Origin: an uncultured bacterium
GTDB taxonomy: Bacteria; Krumholzibacteriota; Krumholzibacteriia; WVZY01; JAKEHA01
Length of the DNA: 64,000 nt
Assembly: GCA_964621155.1 (NCBI GenBank)
Contig: CAZULB010000001.1
Coordinates: forward strand, 10,402 to 74,401
Direction: 5' to 3'
The position numbers and the translations under genes are program-made. The first letter of the stretch is position 1. Every line of letters begins with the position of its first letter. Shown piece after piece: positions 38,024-49,300 of this stretch. The notes beneath the pieces were generated by a model. That model saw only the letters and a list, made by a program, of their open reading frames with translations, searched no databases and had not been told where the DNA came from.

Positions 38024-39748
38024 ATGAAGCGTTTCATACTTGGCCTGGCCTTCGCCGCCATCGCGGCCAACGCTGCCACGGCAAATGCGGTGAAGCCCCA
38101 GGTCGTGATCGGCCCGGGCACGGGCTCCGCGCCGCGCACACCGTACTGCCAGCTCTTCGACCGTACGCTGGACTCCGACACCACGTATGTTCTGACGGGC
38201 CTTTATTACGTCGAACCCAATCACAGCCTGACCATTCAGCCGGGCACCGTGATCCTGGGCCACAAGGCCACCGGCGGTACGCTCATTATTACCAAGGGCG
38301 CGCAGATTTTCGCCCAGGGTACCGTGCAGCAGCCCATCGTGTTCACGAGCAACCAGGCCATTGGAGCGCGCAACCCCGGTGACTGGGGCGGCATCATCGT
38401 CCTCGGCGATGCTCCCACCAACAAGGTGAACCCGGTCATCGAAGGCGGTCTCATCGGCGGTTCGTGCGGCGGCGGCGTGACCACGTACGGCGGCGCCAAC
38501 GCCAACGACAACAGCGGCGTGCTCAGCTACATCCGCATCGAGTTCGCGGGCTATCGCTTCCAGCTCAACAACGAAGTCAACGGTCTCACCATGGGCGGCG
38601 TCGGCGCGGGCACGCAGATCGACCACATCCAGGTGAGTTATTCGAATGACGACGCCTACGAGTGGTTTGGCGGCACCGTGAACTGCAACTACCTCGCGGC
38701 GCTGGGCACCACCGACGATGAGTTTGACACTGACTTCGGTTACTCAGGTCACGTGCAGTTCGGTTTCGGCCTCCGCGACCCCGACTTCTGGGATCCGACC
38801 GGTCAGTCGAACGGCTTCGAGTCCGACAACGACGGCTCGTCGACTTCGACCGCCGACCCGCACACACACCCGATCTTCTCAAACATCACGCTGGTCGGTC
38901 CCGAGCGCGTCGACGCGGAAGTTCCCTTCCCGCTTGCCTCGACCATCCAGTTCGGCGCCCTCCTGCGCCGCTCGACGCAGACTTGCATCTACAACTCCGC
39001 AATCATGGGCTACGCCTGGGGTCTCGCGGTTCGTGATGCAACCACGCAGGGTTTTGCGACCGGTGGACAGCTCCAGATCCGCAACACCAACTGGCAGGCC
39101 ACGCTGCTTCCGGGCGCTTCGGCATCGATTCACGAACATTCGACGTGGGCCGGCATCGAAGCCTGGTACGGCACAGCGGGCTTCAACAACGTGAACAACC
39201 CCGCTGTTACGCGCCTTCCCAACACGATCAAGCTCAACAACCTGAGCAACCTCAATGCTCCGGATCCGCGTCCGCAGACGACCTCCGAGCTGGTCGGCAC
39301 CGCCGACTTTTCAAACGGCAACCTCGCTGGCTTCGCAGTCACGAGCTATCGCGGTGCGTTCCCGCCGGTCAACGTGGCCAGCCCGAACACCCTGTGGACG
39401 GCTTTCTGGACCAACTGGGATCCGCAGAATGTCGACTACTCGAACGGCGTCCCGGGCCCGATCACGGCCGTGGGTGGCCCGAAGATGGAGTCCAGACTCG
39501 GACAGAATTATCCCAACCCGTTCAATCCGCAGACGTCGATCGATTACACGGTCGGCCAGGAAGGCAAAGTCACGCTGAGCGTGTATGACGCTTCCGGCGC
39601 GAAGGTCAGGACGCTGGTGAGCGAAGTGAAGAAGGCCGGTTCCTACACGGCCAGCTTCAACGCTGACGGCATGGCATCGGGCGTGTACTTCTACCGCCTG
39701 GTTGCGCCTGGCATCAACGAGTTCAAGAAGATGGTGCTCCTGAAGTAA
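38024..39748 (+). CDS. Secreted protein with T9SS-type C-terminal sorting domain
   Basis: GGAGGA RBS. Signal peptide MKRFILGLAFAAIAANAATANA. C-terminus NYPNPFNPQTSIDYTV...LSVYDASGAKVRTLV...GVYFYRLVAPGINEFKKMVLLK. Confidence 0.65.
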   Translation: MKRFILGLAFAAIAANAATANAVKPQVVIGPGTGSAPRTPYCQLFDRTLDSDTTYVLTGLYYVEPNHSLTIQPGTVILGHKATGGTLIITKGAQIFAQGTVQQPIVFTSNQAIGARNPGDWGGIIVLGDAPTNKVNPVIEGGLIGGSCGGGVTTYGGANANDNSGVLSYIRIEFAGYRFQLNNEVNGLTMGGVGAGTQIDHIQVSYSNDDAYEWFGGTVNCNYLAALGTTDDEFDTDFGYSGHVQFGFGLRDPDFWDPTGQSNGFESDNDGSSTSTADPHTHPIFSNITLVGPERVDAEVPFPLASTIQFGALLRRSTQTCIYNSAIMGYAWGLAVRDATTQGFATGGQLQIRNTNWQATLLPGASASIHEHSTWAGIEAWYGTAGFNNVNNPAVTRLPNTIKLNNLSNLNAPDPRPQTTSELVGTADFSNGNLAGFAVTSYRGAFPPVNVASPNTLWTAFWTNWDPQNVDYSNGVPGPITAVGGPKMESRLGQNYPNPFNPQTSIDYTVGQEGKVTLSVYDASGAKVRTLVSEVKKAGSYTASFNADGMASGVYFYRLVAPGINEFKKMVLLK

Positions 39749-39806
39749 CACCGTCAGGAGTTACCACGCGACCCTCCCGGAGCGAATGGAGGGTCGCAAA
39801 ACTCGC

Positions 39807-39842
39807 GCGCCCCGGTTCCTGCGAACCGGGGCGCTTTTTTTT
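39807..39842 (+). terminator. Rho-independent terminator (also serves the convergent minus-strand gene)
   Basis: GCGCCCCGGTTC-CTGC-GAACCGGGGCGC followed by T8. A second hairpin GCGACCCTCC...GGAGGGTCGC lies at 39768..39797. Confidence 0.65.
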
Positions 39843-39878
39843 GCCATCTGCAGCGGGACGAGCAGTTTTCCGCGCGGG

Positions 39879-40127
39879 CTATCCGAAGAGAAGGTCGATG
39901 ATGGAACCGAGGTGGCGCTTTCCTTCCAGCACTTCCGGATTGTAGATCTCGGTGTAACCGCAGTTGGTGCACGACGCCGTGATGAACTGGTTGTGCTCGA
40001 CATCGAGAATCTTGGAGAGCCCGGTGCCGGCCGCCGAGATGCGTTTGACCTTCGCACCGCGGGTCTGGCACTTGGTGCACACGAATCTGGTTTCAAGCTC
40101 GGTTGCAAATGACATGGGTTCCTCCAT
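39879..40127 (-). CDS. Small zinc-ribbon protein
   Basis: Two CxxC pairs (CTKCQT...CTNCGY). 82 aa. Confidence 0.45.
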   Translation of the reverse strand: MEEPMSFATELETRFVCTKCQTRGAKVKRISAAGTGLSKILDVEHNQFITASCTNCGYTEIYNPEVLEGKRHLGSIIDLLFG

Positions 40128-40215
40128 TATATGTGGGACGCCGCATGCAATTGCGGCGGCGAATGGAGCGGGTACACGGCAGGGCTTGCCGTATTCGAGG
40201 GTAATTTTTTCCCGG

Positions 40216-41391
40216 TCAGCGGACGAGGAAATCGGTAGAGACGCGGTTGATCCAGGACACCACCTGGCCGCGGCTGGCGCGCGCGCCGATGAACAGCGCT
40301 TCGAGCAGCGCGGGATGTGAGGCGACGTATTTCTGCGCGCGATACGAACGGCGGATCAGTCCCCCGATCGCCACATCGCAGCGGCGGTCGTAATCTTCCA
40401 GGATATCCATTGCACCGTGCGGCGCATCGAGCGCTTGATGCACGACCTCGGCCGCGATGGTGGCGGTGGCCACGGCGTGGTGAATTCCCTCCCCCGTCAT
40501 CGAATCAATGAAACGGCCGGCGTCCCCCACGAACAGCACGCCCTTGGCCGCACGAGCGCCGGATGAGGGGGTTGCGTATGGAAGCTGCCAGGTGGCGGAA
40601 TCATGGAGGCGCGCATCGCTCGCGAGCCTCGGTCTCACATCGGGGCTGTCGAGGAAGCGCTGCAACAACTGCTGCAAGGTGGCGCCACTGCGCTTGAATC
40701 GATCCGTGCGCATGATCACGCCCACATTGGCGCGGTCCGGACCGAGCGGGAAGACCCACGCATAGCCGGGTGCGAGCGCTGCCTGGAAATGAAACTCGGC
40801 CGCTAAAGCACCGGTATCGATGCCCTCGATATAGGCGCGAATCGCCACCCCGCGATCGGCTTCCGCGGCACGCGCGGGCGCGAGCGCGCGGCCCAACACT
40901 GACGTCGCGCCGTCGGCTGCGATCACATGACGCGCGCCTATCACCCGCCCTGACCCATTGGACTCTACTTCCACTCCGCGAACGACACCGCTTTCGATGA
41001 CGGGCGCGCGCACCTGGGCGCGCTCAAAGCGCGCGCCGGATGCAATAGCGTGTCCCCGCAAGAGCGCGTCGAACTGGATTCTCGGCGCGATCAGAAACTG
41101 CGTGTCATCCCGACGTGGATCAAAGGAAACCGTGAAGTCCCTACCCCGGGCCGAAACCAGCCGGACCGCGCGCACGCGCGTGAAGCCCGCGCCGGCCAGC
41201 TCGTCGCGCATTCCAAGGTCGTGGAGTATGCCCACGGTGCCCGGGGGAATGCCGTCACCGCAAGGCTTGTCCCGCGGAAACTCGGCGCGGTCGACAAGGA
41301 GCACGTCGCGCCCGCGCCGCGCGAGCGACGCCGCAGCCGTGCTTCCCGCAGGGCCGGCGCCAACCACAATCACATCATGGAACGCGGACAT
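40216..41391 (-). CDS. FAD-dependent oxidoreductase, geranylgeranyl reductase family
   Basis: N-terminal dinucleotide-binding motif VIVVGAGPAGSTAA...LLVDR and a GDAAG-like motif (FVGDAGRFID). Confidence 0.75.
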   Translation of the reverse strand: MSAFHDVIVVGAGPAGSTAAASLARRGRDVLLVDRAEFPRDKPCGDGIPPGTVGILHDLGMRDELAGAGFTRVRAVRLVSARGRDFTVSFDPRRDDTQFLIAPRIQFDALLRGHAIASGARFERAQVRAPVIESGVVRGVEVESNGSGRVIGARHVIAADGATSVLGRALAPARAAEADRGVAIRAYIEGIDTGALAAEFHFQAALAPGYAWVFPLGPDRANVGVIMRTDRFKRSGATLQQLLQRFLDSPDVRPRLASDARLHDSATWQLPYATPSSGARAAKGVLFVGDAGRFIDSMTGEGIHHAVATATIAAEVVHQALDAPHGAMDILEDYDRRCDVAIGGLIRRSYRAQKYVASHPALLEALFIGARASRGQVVSWINRVSTDFLVR

Positions 41392-41474
41392 GTCTTAAAT
41401 GTTACCTGCACGGCGATCATGCGCGTTGTGATAAGCTTTCCGGAACCGCCCCACCACCCGAAGGAGGCGCATTC

Positions 41475-43088
41475 ATGGCCACGATCTCGCGTCGCTCCAG
41501 CCGTACTGTGCTGTTCCTGTGCTGTACACTCGTTCTCACGCTGTTCACCCACAACCTGTTTGCCGCCACCTGGACCGTTCGCAAGGACGGCACGGGACAG
41601 TTTACTACGATCGGCGCTGCCCGGGCGGTGGCCACGACCGGTGACATCATCGAGGTCGGTCCGGGGACGTATCCGGAGGAAGTCGACTTCGACTATGCGG
41701 TCACGCTGAAGTCGACGGACGGCGCCGCTACGACCATACTGGACGGCGAAGACGTCCGTCGTCTCCTGATTTTTCGCGCCGGAACGGGCACCGTGGTGGA
41801 CGGGTTCACGGTGCGCAGGGGCATTCAGGTCAGCGCCGGCGCCGGTATCCGCGTGCAGCTCACCGCGACGGCCACCATCAAGAATTGCGTATTCGAAAAC
41901 AACAATTCGGACTTCGACGGCGCCGCCATGATCTGTCGCGACGCCGGATCGCGCATGGACGTTCTGGACTGCGTTTTCAGGAACAATTTCGCCGTTCATC
42001 GTGGCGGCGCAGCCGTGGTAGTCATACAGGGAACCGCCACCTTCACCCGGTGCGTTTTCGACGGCAATGACTCCGGTGAAGTCGCTGCGCTCGGCTTCAA
42101 CACTGGCTCTGTCTGCACGGTGACAAACTGCCTGTTCAAGAACAACGGAAGCGAAATCTCCGGCATTTATGGCGAGCTCTCGACCGTCACCGTGACGGAC
42201 AACACTTTCGTCAACAACCACGCCTCCGGTGCGACCGTTCACATTTTTTCGTCCACCGTGGTGTTCAAGCGCAACATCCTGGCCCATGACCCGAGTGCGA
42301 ACGGTTGGGACGTCCTCAACAACACCAGTGAAGATCGCACCTGCAACGTCTACTGGCAGAATGAGAAACCCACGAGCTCGGGCGTCATCAACCCCGGCGA
42401 GCTGCTGGGAGATCCTCTCTTTTGCGATGCGCCCAACAATAACTTTAGCATCAACCTTATTTCGCCGGCGGCGCCGGGGCACAATGCTTGCGGTCTGCTC
42501 GGCGCATTTCCCGTAGGTTGCGGTCCGGTGGCGGTTGCAATCTCTTCGTTCGATGCGAAAGCCATGGGCGGTGTGGTATCACTTCACGGAACGTTTACGT
42601 CCGATCTGCGTGTACAGGCAGTGAACGTCTATCGCGGCGAAGGCGATGCTTCCTTCATCCGACTTGCCACGATCGTCGACTTCGAGGGGACCACTTTCGA
42701 CTACACCGATAATTCGGTGGCACCGGGACAATCCTACCGCTACCAGATCGGCGTCATCGACGGTGACGGCGAATTCATGTCTCCGATCGAACGCGTCAGC
42801 GTCGCACCACTGCTGAGCGGTATCGACCAGAATCGTCCCAACCCGTTCAATCCGCAAACCACGATTCATTACACACTGTCCACACCGGGGCGCATCACGT
42901 TGGCCGTGTACGATGCGACGGGGCGCCTGGTGCGCACATTGCTGGACGAGAACCGGGCCGCAGGGGCACAGGACGTGATCTGGAATGGGCAGGACGATCG
43001 CGGCAACGCCGTGGCGTCGGGCGTGTACTTCTACAGGATGACCGCCGGGAAGTTCAGCCAGACGAGGCGCATGGTGCTGCTCAAGTAG
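41475..43088 (+). CDS. Secreted right-handed parallel beta-helix protein with T9SS-type C-terminal sorting domain
   Basis: Signal peptide. Repeated NNxxxxGGA beta-helix rungs (CVFENNNSDFDGAAM, CVFRNNFAVHRGGAA, CLFKNNGSEISGIYG). C-terminus NPFNPQTTIHYTL...VYDATGRLVRTLL...GVYFYRMTAGKFSQTRRMVLLK. Confidence 0.65.
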   Translation: MATISRRSSRTVLFLCCTLVLTLFTHNLFAATWTVRKDGTGQFTTIGAARAVATTGDIIEVGPGTYPEEVDFDYAVTLKSTDGAATTILDGEDVRRLLIFRAGTGTVVDGFTVRRGIQVSAGAGIRVQLTATATIKNCVFENNNSDFDGAAMICRDAGSRMDVLDCVFRNNFAVHRGGAAVVVIQGTATFTRCVFDGNDSGEVAALGFNTGSVCTVTNCLFKNNGSEISGIYGELSTVTVTDNTFVNNHASGATVHIFSSTVVFKRNILAHDPSANGWDVLNNTSEDRTCNVYWQNEKPTSSGVINPGELLGDPLFCDAPNNNFSINLISPAAPGHNACGLLGAFPVGCGPVAVAISSFDAKAMGGVVSLHGTFTSDLRVQAVNVYRGEGDASFIRLATIVDFEGTTFDYTDNSVAPGQSYRYQIGVIDGDGEFMSPIERVSVAPLLSGIDQNRPNPFNPQTTIHYTLSTPGRITLAVYDATGRLVRTLLDENRAAGAQDVIWNGQDDRGNAVASGVYFYRMTAGKFSQTRRMVLLK

Positions 43089-43118
43089 CATCCCCGGATA
43101 ACTCATTGAATGGCGAAA

Positions 43119-43149
43119 GGCCGGGGTGCTGCCACCCCGGCCTTTTTTT
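43119..43149 (+). terminator. Rho-independent terminator between convergent genes
   Basis: GGCCGGGGTG-CTGC-CACCCCGGCC followed by T7. Confidence 0.65.
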
Positions 43150-43173
43150 CTGTCACTGCAATCACGCGGGCTT

Positions 43174-44937
43174 CTACGTCTGCTGCTTCTTCTTCGCGAC
43201 CCACGCCTTCACGTTGGCGTCGAGCACGTCGAGCGGGACGGCGCCGCTCCACAGCACCACATCATGAAACTCACGCACGTCGAATTTCGGGCCCAGCTCT
43301 TTGGTGGCGTAGGCGCGCAGCTCACGGATCTTGAGCTCGCCGGTCTTGTACGCCACCGCCTGTCCCGGCCACGCGATGTAGCGGTCGATCTCGGCTTCGA
43401 TGTTACGCATCGACAACGCGCCGTTGGCGGCAAAGTAGTCGAGGGCTTGCTGGCGCGACCAACCGAAGTAGTGCATGCCGGTATCCACCACGAGACGCAT
43501 CGCGCGCCACATCTCGTAGCTCAGGCGGCCGAAATCGCTGTAGGGATCCTGGTAGAGCCCCATCTCCATGCCGAGCCGCTCCGAATAAAGTCCCCAGCCT
43601 TCGCCGAAAGCCGTCACCCATTCGTAGCGACGAAACATGGGCACATCCGGAAGCTCCATGGAGACAGCGGTCTGCAGATGGTGGCCCGGCACGGCTTCGT
43701 GCAGCGACAGAGCTTCGATCTCGTAGAGCGGGCGGCTCTTGAGATCGTACAGATTGACGCGGTAGCAACCGGCGCGCGTGCCGTCGCCTGCGCCGCGTTC
43801 GTAATACGCGGTCGTCGTCTTGGGCGCCATGAAATCAGGAATGGGCTTGATGCCGTAGGGCATGCGCGGCAGCGTCTTGAAGAGCGTCGGCAGCTGTCCG
43901 TCGATCTTCTTCAGCACGTACGCCGTCTCCTTCATGAGCTGTTCCGGATCAGTCGTGTAGAAACGCGGATCCGTGCGCAGGAAATTCACGAACTCCGCAA
44001 ACGAGCCCTTGAACGCGGTCTTCGCGATCACCACATCCATTTCACCGTGGATGCGCTTCACTTCCGAAAGTCCCGTTTCGTGGATTTCTTTCGGCGTCTT
44101 GTCGAGCGTGGTGTACTCCTTCACCAGGAACTCGTAATACGCTTTCCCGTTGGGAAGATTGGCGCACGCAATCGACTCACGTCCGCCCGGCACATATTCT
44201 TTTGCGAAGAAATCCCGCAAATCGGCGAAAGCCGGCACCACCGAAGACGTGATGGCTTTCTTACCGCGCTCGGTGAGGCGCGCACGGTCCTTCTCGCCGA
44301 TGATCGCCGGGAAGTTCTTGAACGGTTCGTACAGGAGACTTGTGGTGGGATCATCCACCACGTGCGGCGTCACGGTCTCGACCAATCCTGACATGACGAC
44401 TTTGGGCAACACGTAGCCGCCCTTCAGCCCGGTGCGCATGACCTCGATATTCTGGTCGAAGTACGTCCGCGCCGCTTCGAGGCGCGCGCAGTAGTTTTCA
44501 TAGTCCTTGACGGTCTCGAGCGGCACGTTGTCGGCAAGCTGTGGAAAGTCGGTATGAAAACCCTCGCGGTTCGTGATCGGCATCAGGTAGCTCTTGAACT
44601 CGGATTCCGTGATGCGATCACGCAGACTGCGCCCGAAAATGTCGTAGTTGATGCGGTCCGCATCAGGAAGTTTGGCGCGGTCGATGCCCTGCCAACGCTT
44701 GAGAAATTCCCGTGTGTCTTTCTCGCGGCGCTCGTAATCCGCCACTGTCACCGAGGGCAACTTGTCGTCGGCGCCGTGGTCTCCAACCGAAGTGGCGAAG
44801 AGCGGATTCTCGTGCAGCCGCCAGGCCCACTCGTCATCGAGGAGTTGCTTGAGGTCGCTTGACGGCGTCTGCGATAACGCAATCGTGGCGCCCATCACAA
44901 GGAAGAGTAACGCCACGATCCACGGAGCGTGTTTCAC
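43174..44937 (-). CDS. DUF885-family protein (secreted)
   Basis: Signal anchor WIVALLFLVMGATIALSQ. Conserved HEAVPGHHLQ motif. Start placed at GTG 44937 with a GGAAAGGAG RBS. Confidence 0.65.
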   Translation of the reverse strand: MKHAPWIVALLFLVMGATIALSQTPSSDLKQLLDDEWAWRLHENPLFATSVGDHGADDKLPSVTVADYERREKDTREFLKRWQGIDRAKLPDADRINYDIFGRSLRDRITESEFKSYLMPITNREGFHTDFPQLADNVPLETVKDYENYCARLEAARTYFDQNIEVMRTGLKGGYVLPKVVMSGLVETVTPHVVDDPTTSLLYEPFKNFPAIIGEKDRARLTERGKKAITSSVVPAFADLRDFFAKEYVPGGRESIACANLPNGKAYYEFLVKEYTTLDKTPKEIHETGLSEVKRIHGEMDVVIAKTAFKGSFAEFVNFLRTDPRFYTTDPEQLMKETAYVLKKIDGQLPTLFKTLPRMPYGIKPIPDFMAPKTTTAYYERGAGDGTRAGCYRVNLYDLKSRPLYEIEALSLHEAVPGHHLQTAVSMELPDVPMFRRYEWVTAFGEGWGLYSERLGMEMGLYQDPYSDFGRLSYEMWRAMRLVVDTGMHYFGWSRQQALDYFAANGALSMRNIEAEIDRYIAWPGQAVAYKTGELKIRELRAYATKELGPKFDVREFHDVVLWSGAVPLDVLDANVKAWVAKKKQQT

Positions 44938-45155
44938 AGGGGTCTCCTTTCCAACCGGGTGATCGCGCCGCGCAAGCGGGACCAGGCAGCGCGACGCGAG
45001 CATAACACAGTCCGGCTGGCATGAAGGAGATTGCGCGCCACACCATCCAAACGTCCGTTTCCGGTCCCGAAAATGAAACGGGACGATACGAACGCGATGA
45101 CACTCATCGCGCGCGTACCGCCCCGAATCGGCGGCCTCCCAAAGGAACGAAGCCG

Positions 45156-46178
45156 CTAGAATTTGCCCTGGAACGTCAGGCGGGCCATGACATCCGTATC
45201 CGGCTTGGGCGGGCCGGCCACTTCGGGATCGTCATACACCGTGATTTCGACGTTGGGCATGATGTTGACGCCTTCCGCCACCGCGAAATCCATGCCACCG
45301 ATGAACAACGTGTTGGCGGAGATGGACGAGAACGGAAGGTACGCGATCGATTCGCCCTGCGGATTGGGATCCATGTTGCGATCGACGCGACCGAAAAGCC
45401 ACATCTTGTCTTTTACCGCACCGGTGATGAAGCCGGAGAGAATGCGATAATCCTGATCCTCGCCAACTTCGTTGCGCGACTGCTGTGCGAACTGCAAGCC
45501 CGCGCGCATCTTCTCCGCCGTGTAACCGGCGAAACCGTAGTACGTGACCCGGTCCGCGGCGTTGACGCGGTCATCGTAGTCGGCGTAGCCCTCGAGAACC
45601 AGATGGGCGGTGGGACGAAACTGAATCGCGCCCATCGCCTTCTTGCGCGTGTTGGTCTCGGATCCGACAGATGCGCCGTTGCCAACCAGGATGTGATAGC
45701 CAACCTTCTTCGATTCGCCGAAGCCGCCCTGGAAGCCGATGCCGGCGTCGCGCGACGCGCCCCACAGCTGGAGCTCGACCGGAACCTTCTCGATCGTCCG
45801 GTATCCCCACACGTCCTCGTAAGTCTGGAGGGTGGGCGTGGGCTGAATACCGATGAGCGCTGAGTGCGTATTGTGCTGCCACTTGAGCCAGGCGTCCTTC
45901 ATGAAGGCCGGAATCGTGGCGACCGTCTTGAAGTCGCCGGGCTGCGAGGCCTCGAGGCGAAGGCGAGCGGACCAGACGTCGTCGAACTTCTGGTCGTAGG
46001 TCAGATAGAAACGGCGGATCCAGAGACCGTTCATGTCCTCGATCGTCGAATCATGATTGGCCGCCATCCAGTAAGCGTCGCCGAAGACCAGCGCGCTGAA
46101 CTTCCCTTCACCGGCAAAAGCCGGAACCGCGGTTGCCGCCAGCGTGAGCACGGCGAGAACAGCACTTTTGAAAGACAT
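45156..46178 (-). CDS. Outer-membrane beta-barrel porin-like protein (possibly phosphate-selective porin O/P-like)
   Basis: AAGGAG RBS. Signal peptide MSFKSAVLAVLTLAATAVPAFA. Alternating amphipathic strands. C-terminal F. Confidence 0.5.
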   Translation of the reverse strand: MSFKSAVLAVLTLAATAVPAFAGEGKFSALVFGDAYWMAANHDSTIEDMNGLWIRRFYLTYDQKFDDVWSARLRLEASQPGDFKTVATIPAFMKDAWLKWQHNTHSALIGIQPTPTLQTYEDVWGYRTIEKVPVELQLWGASRDAGIGFQGGFGESKKVGYHILVGNGASVGSETNTRKKAMGAIQFRPTAHLVLEGYADYDDRVNAADRVTYYGFAGYTAEKMRAGLQFAQQSRNEVGEDQDYRILSGFITGAVKDKMWLFGRVDRNMDPNPQGESIAYLPFSSISANTLFIGGMDFAVAEGVNIMPNVEITVYDDPEVAGPPKPDTDVMARLTFQGKF

Positions 46179-46370
46179 TGAGGCACTCCTTGGTTTGAAC
46201 CGAACCATCTTGTCAAATGACTTGCGGCGAAGAATGCAGGGTAAGTGTGAAGACCGGATGAAGGAAAAATGAATCCTTCACACAGCGACGACCGATCTTT
46301 ACTGCCTTGTCGGGGTCTTAATATGGCGGCGGAGACGGGGCAGGAGTGTAAGTGCCTTATGAAGCCGAGC

Positions 46371-49300
46371 TTACGCGACTTCGAACAAATGGTCTTCGGA
46401 CGGATTCTCGGCCGGGATGAGCGCGGCGCTGGCACGGGCCGCCGCATCCTCGTGTTCGACCACACGCTCGCGCCACTCGTCGCGGAGCTTGTCCTCACGG
46501 TAGCGCTTGAGAAAATAACCGATGGTCTCGACGCGAATCTTGATGGACCCGGCCGGGCGATTCTCGTCGAGATCCTTGAATGAGTAGTACGGCGTGCCCG
46601 AGCGTTCGATGATTTCTTCCACCACGCTGTAGATGGGGGCGTCGTGGCCGCACTTGAAGTTGGACACCTCGAGAGCCACGAGGTTCGGGTGCCGTGCGGT
46701 GTACTTGGCGGCCCACACCTTGCGTGACGTGTTTTCGCTGTAGGCGTTCTTCCACACGTCGCTGATGTCCATGGGGTGCGCGATATCGCCAGCGCGGACT
46801 TCGTCGCCGAACAACCAGTCCAGGATGTCGTCGTCGATGGGAAGTGAGTCCTGCGTGAAGACCGGATAGCCGAGTTTCTGGAACTCGACGAGGATCTCGT
46901 GGTTGATACCGGGGTCGTTGTGATACGGGCGCCCCAGCACCACGATTCCGATCTTGTTCTCACGTTCCAGCTCTTCCAGCACCTCACGCGCGGCAGCGCG
47001 CGTCGATACCACGTATTCGTCGAGGGCCTTGAAGCCGGCTTCCGCCGCGCGCTCGTTTTCTTTCTCCGAAATCCCGAGCACATCCTTCCACGCCGCGAAC
47101 ATCTGGCGCGCGAACAGGTGCGGCTGCGCGACATTCACCACCGGGCAGAGATACTGGATGCCCTTCTTGGCGAAGGTGTCACCTTCCTTGGTGAAGGCGG
47201 CCTTCACGGCCTCCGGCGTGGCCGTGACCGTCGGGCACGCGCGGCAATCCTGCGCCTTGTAGATCTCGCTCTTCAGGTCGTCGATCATGGGGAAAAAGAT
47301 CGCGTCCAGCGGCTTCTTCTCGTGCTGTTTGAAAATCAGATTGTGCACGTGCGGAATGCCGAGCTTGCTCGGGAAGCACGGGTCGATGGCACCGCGCTTG
47401 GCGCCTTCCTTATAGAGGTCCTCGGTGGTGTAGTCCGAGTACACGAGGTTATGCGGACGAATGCCGAGCGACTCGAAGTACGCCGAGAAGAGCGGATTGG
47501 TCGAGTACTGGTTCAGCATGCGCGGAATGCCGATGCGATAACTCTCGCGCTTCTTCATCTGCTCGATGCGCGCCTTTTGCCCGCTGGTGAAGGCGTGCTT
47601 CGGGAGCGGATCCGCCACACTCTCCGGCTTGAAGCTCTTGAACACGTCGCGAGCGCTCTTCTCGATGAAGTTGGGCGCAGCCTTGAGGCGCGCGTCGAGG
47701 TCCTTCTTGATCTCGCGCATCGACTCGACGTCTTCGACGAGTCCCTTCTCGCACGAATTATTGACGATCAGCCGCCGCGCGCCCGGCATGAGCGGCACTT
47801 TCGACTTGCGTGCGCCCGCGGTGGCGCTGGCGGTGTCGACTTCGCCCTGCTCGCGCTTGATGGCTTTCTTCGAAGCCTCGACGTCGATGAACGTGCGCAG
47901 GCACTCGTTCTTGCAGAAGTGGCAGCGCGTGTCTTCCGACGTGTGCGTCGTGTAGGAAATGGTCTGGATGGCGTCGAGCCCGATGAAGCTGGTTATACGC
48001 CCGTTGGCGTGCAGGCGCTGCGCTTCCAGTGCCGCGCCGATGGCGCCGCTTTCGCCGCAGTGCTTGTGCACGATCACTTCGGGCAAATCGTCGGCCGTGC
48101 CGCGGAAGCGCGATGAGATGAAATCGACCTGCGACTTCACCGCGGCCAGGTTTCTCTGTGTGCCGCCCTGCAGCACGAATTTCTTCCCCAGCTTGGCCAG
48201 GTTGGGGATCTGCGCGACATACAGCCAGATGTTCTTGGGCAACACCGCGGCCAATCCGGCCATGATCTCGCCCGCCGTCCAACCCTGGCGCTGGAAGTCG
48301 ACGATATCCGACTGCATGAACACCGCGCAGCCATAACCGAAGGTCGGCATCTGCTCGGCACCGAATGCGGTGTCGGCGAACTTCTCCACCGGGACACCGA
48401 ACTCGCCCGCCGTGCTCTGGAGGAAATAGCCGTTCCCCGCGGAACACTGCGTGTTGAGCTTGAAGTCTTTGACGCTCCCGTCTTTGAGCACCATGATTTT
48501 GATGTCCTGGCCACCCACGTCGCAGATCACATCCACGTCATCGTAGAAATGGAGCGCGCTCTCGGCGTGCGCCACGGTTTCGACGATGGCGGCATCGGCG
48601 GCCAGCACATCGCGCAGGACGTCTTTGGCATAGCCGGTCGTGCCCACGCCCAGAATTTCGAGGCGGGCGCCGAACGATTCGACGTGGCGCTGGATGTCGC
48701 CGATCACCTCGATGGTGTCCTTGATGGGATTGCCCTTCGAGAGCTGGTAGGCCTTGCAGATCACTTCACGCGCTTCATTGACGAGCACGGCTTTGGTGGA
48801 GGTGGATCCACCATCCAGGCCGATGAAGGCTCTCACGACTTCGCCGGGCGCAAAGGTCGCGGGCTCGAAGGGCTCTTCCCGATAGCGTTCCTTGAAGCTT
48901 GCGAGGTCGGCGGGATCTTTCGAGAGTCCGACGCTCGCCTTGGCCTTGCTCTGCTTGCGCCCGACGTTGATGTACTCCTCGAGCGCGGTCCACCCTTTAT
49001 AGACACCGACGCCTTCGTCCTCGTCCTTGCCATACTCGACGGCGCCGAGGGCGGCGTAGTACTGCGCATTCTGCGGCACCACGATGAGCGACTTGGGATC
49101 AACGCCCTCGGGCAATTTGACCTCTCGCTCTTTCCACGTGATGGGAATGTTGTGCTGCCATGCTTCGCGCATGCCGCGGATGTAGGTATTGGGTCCGCCC
49201 AGCAGAATGACTTCGGGACGAAGCGTGTGGCCGCGCGTCAGTACCGAGAGATTTTGTCCGATGATGGCCTCGAACAATGAGGCCATCAATTCTTCGGTGG

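Noticed and set aside
43126-44391. 421-aa plus-strand ORF
   Set aside because: Antisense to the DUF885 gene. The sense frame has a signal anchor and the conserved HEAVPGHH motif.
46031-47134. 367-aa minus-strand ORF overlapping the activase gene in another frame
   Set aside because: Arg/Ser-rich translation typical of off-frame reading in high-GC DNA. The same DNA is fully explained by the 1171-aa ORF, which has clear BadF/BcrA-type ATPase motifs.
46899-48116. 405-aa plus-strand ORF
   Set aside because: Antisense to the activase/dehydratase fusion gene.
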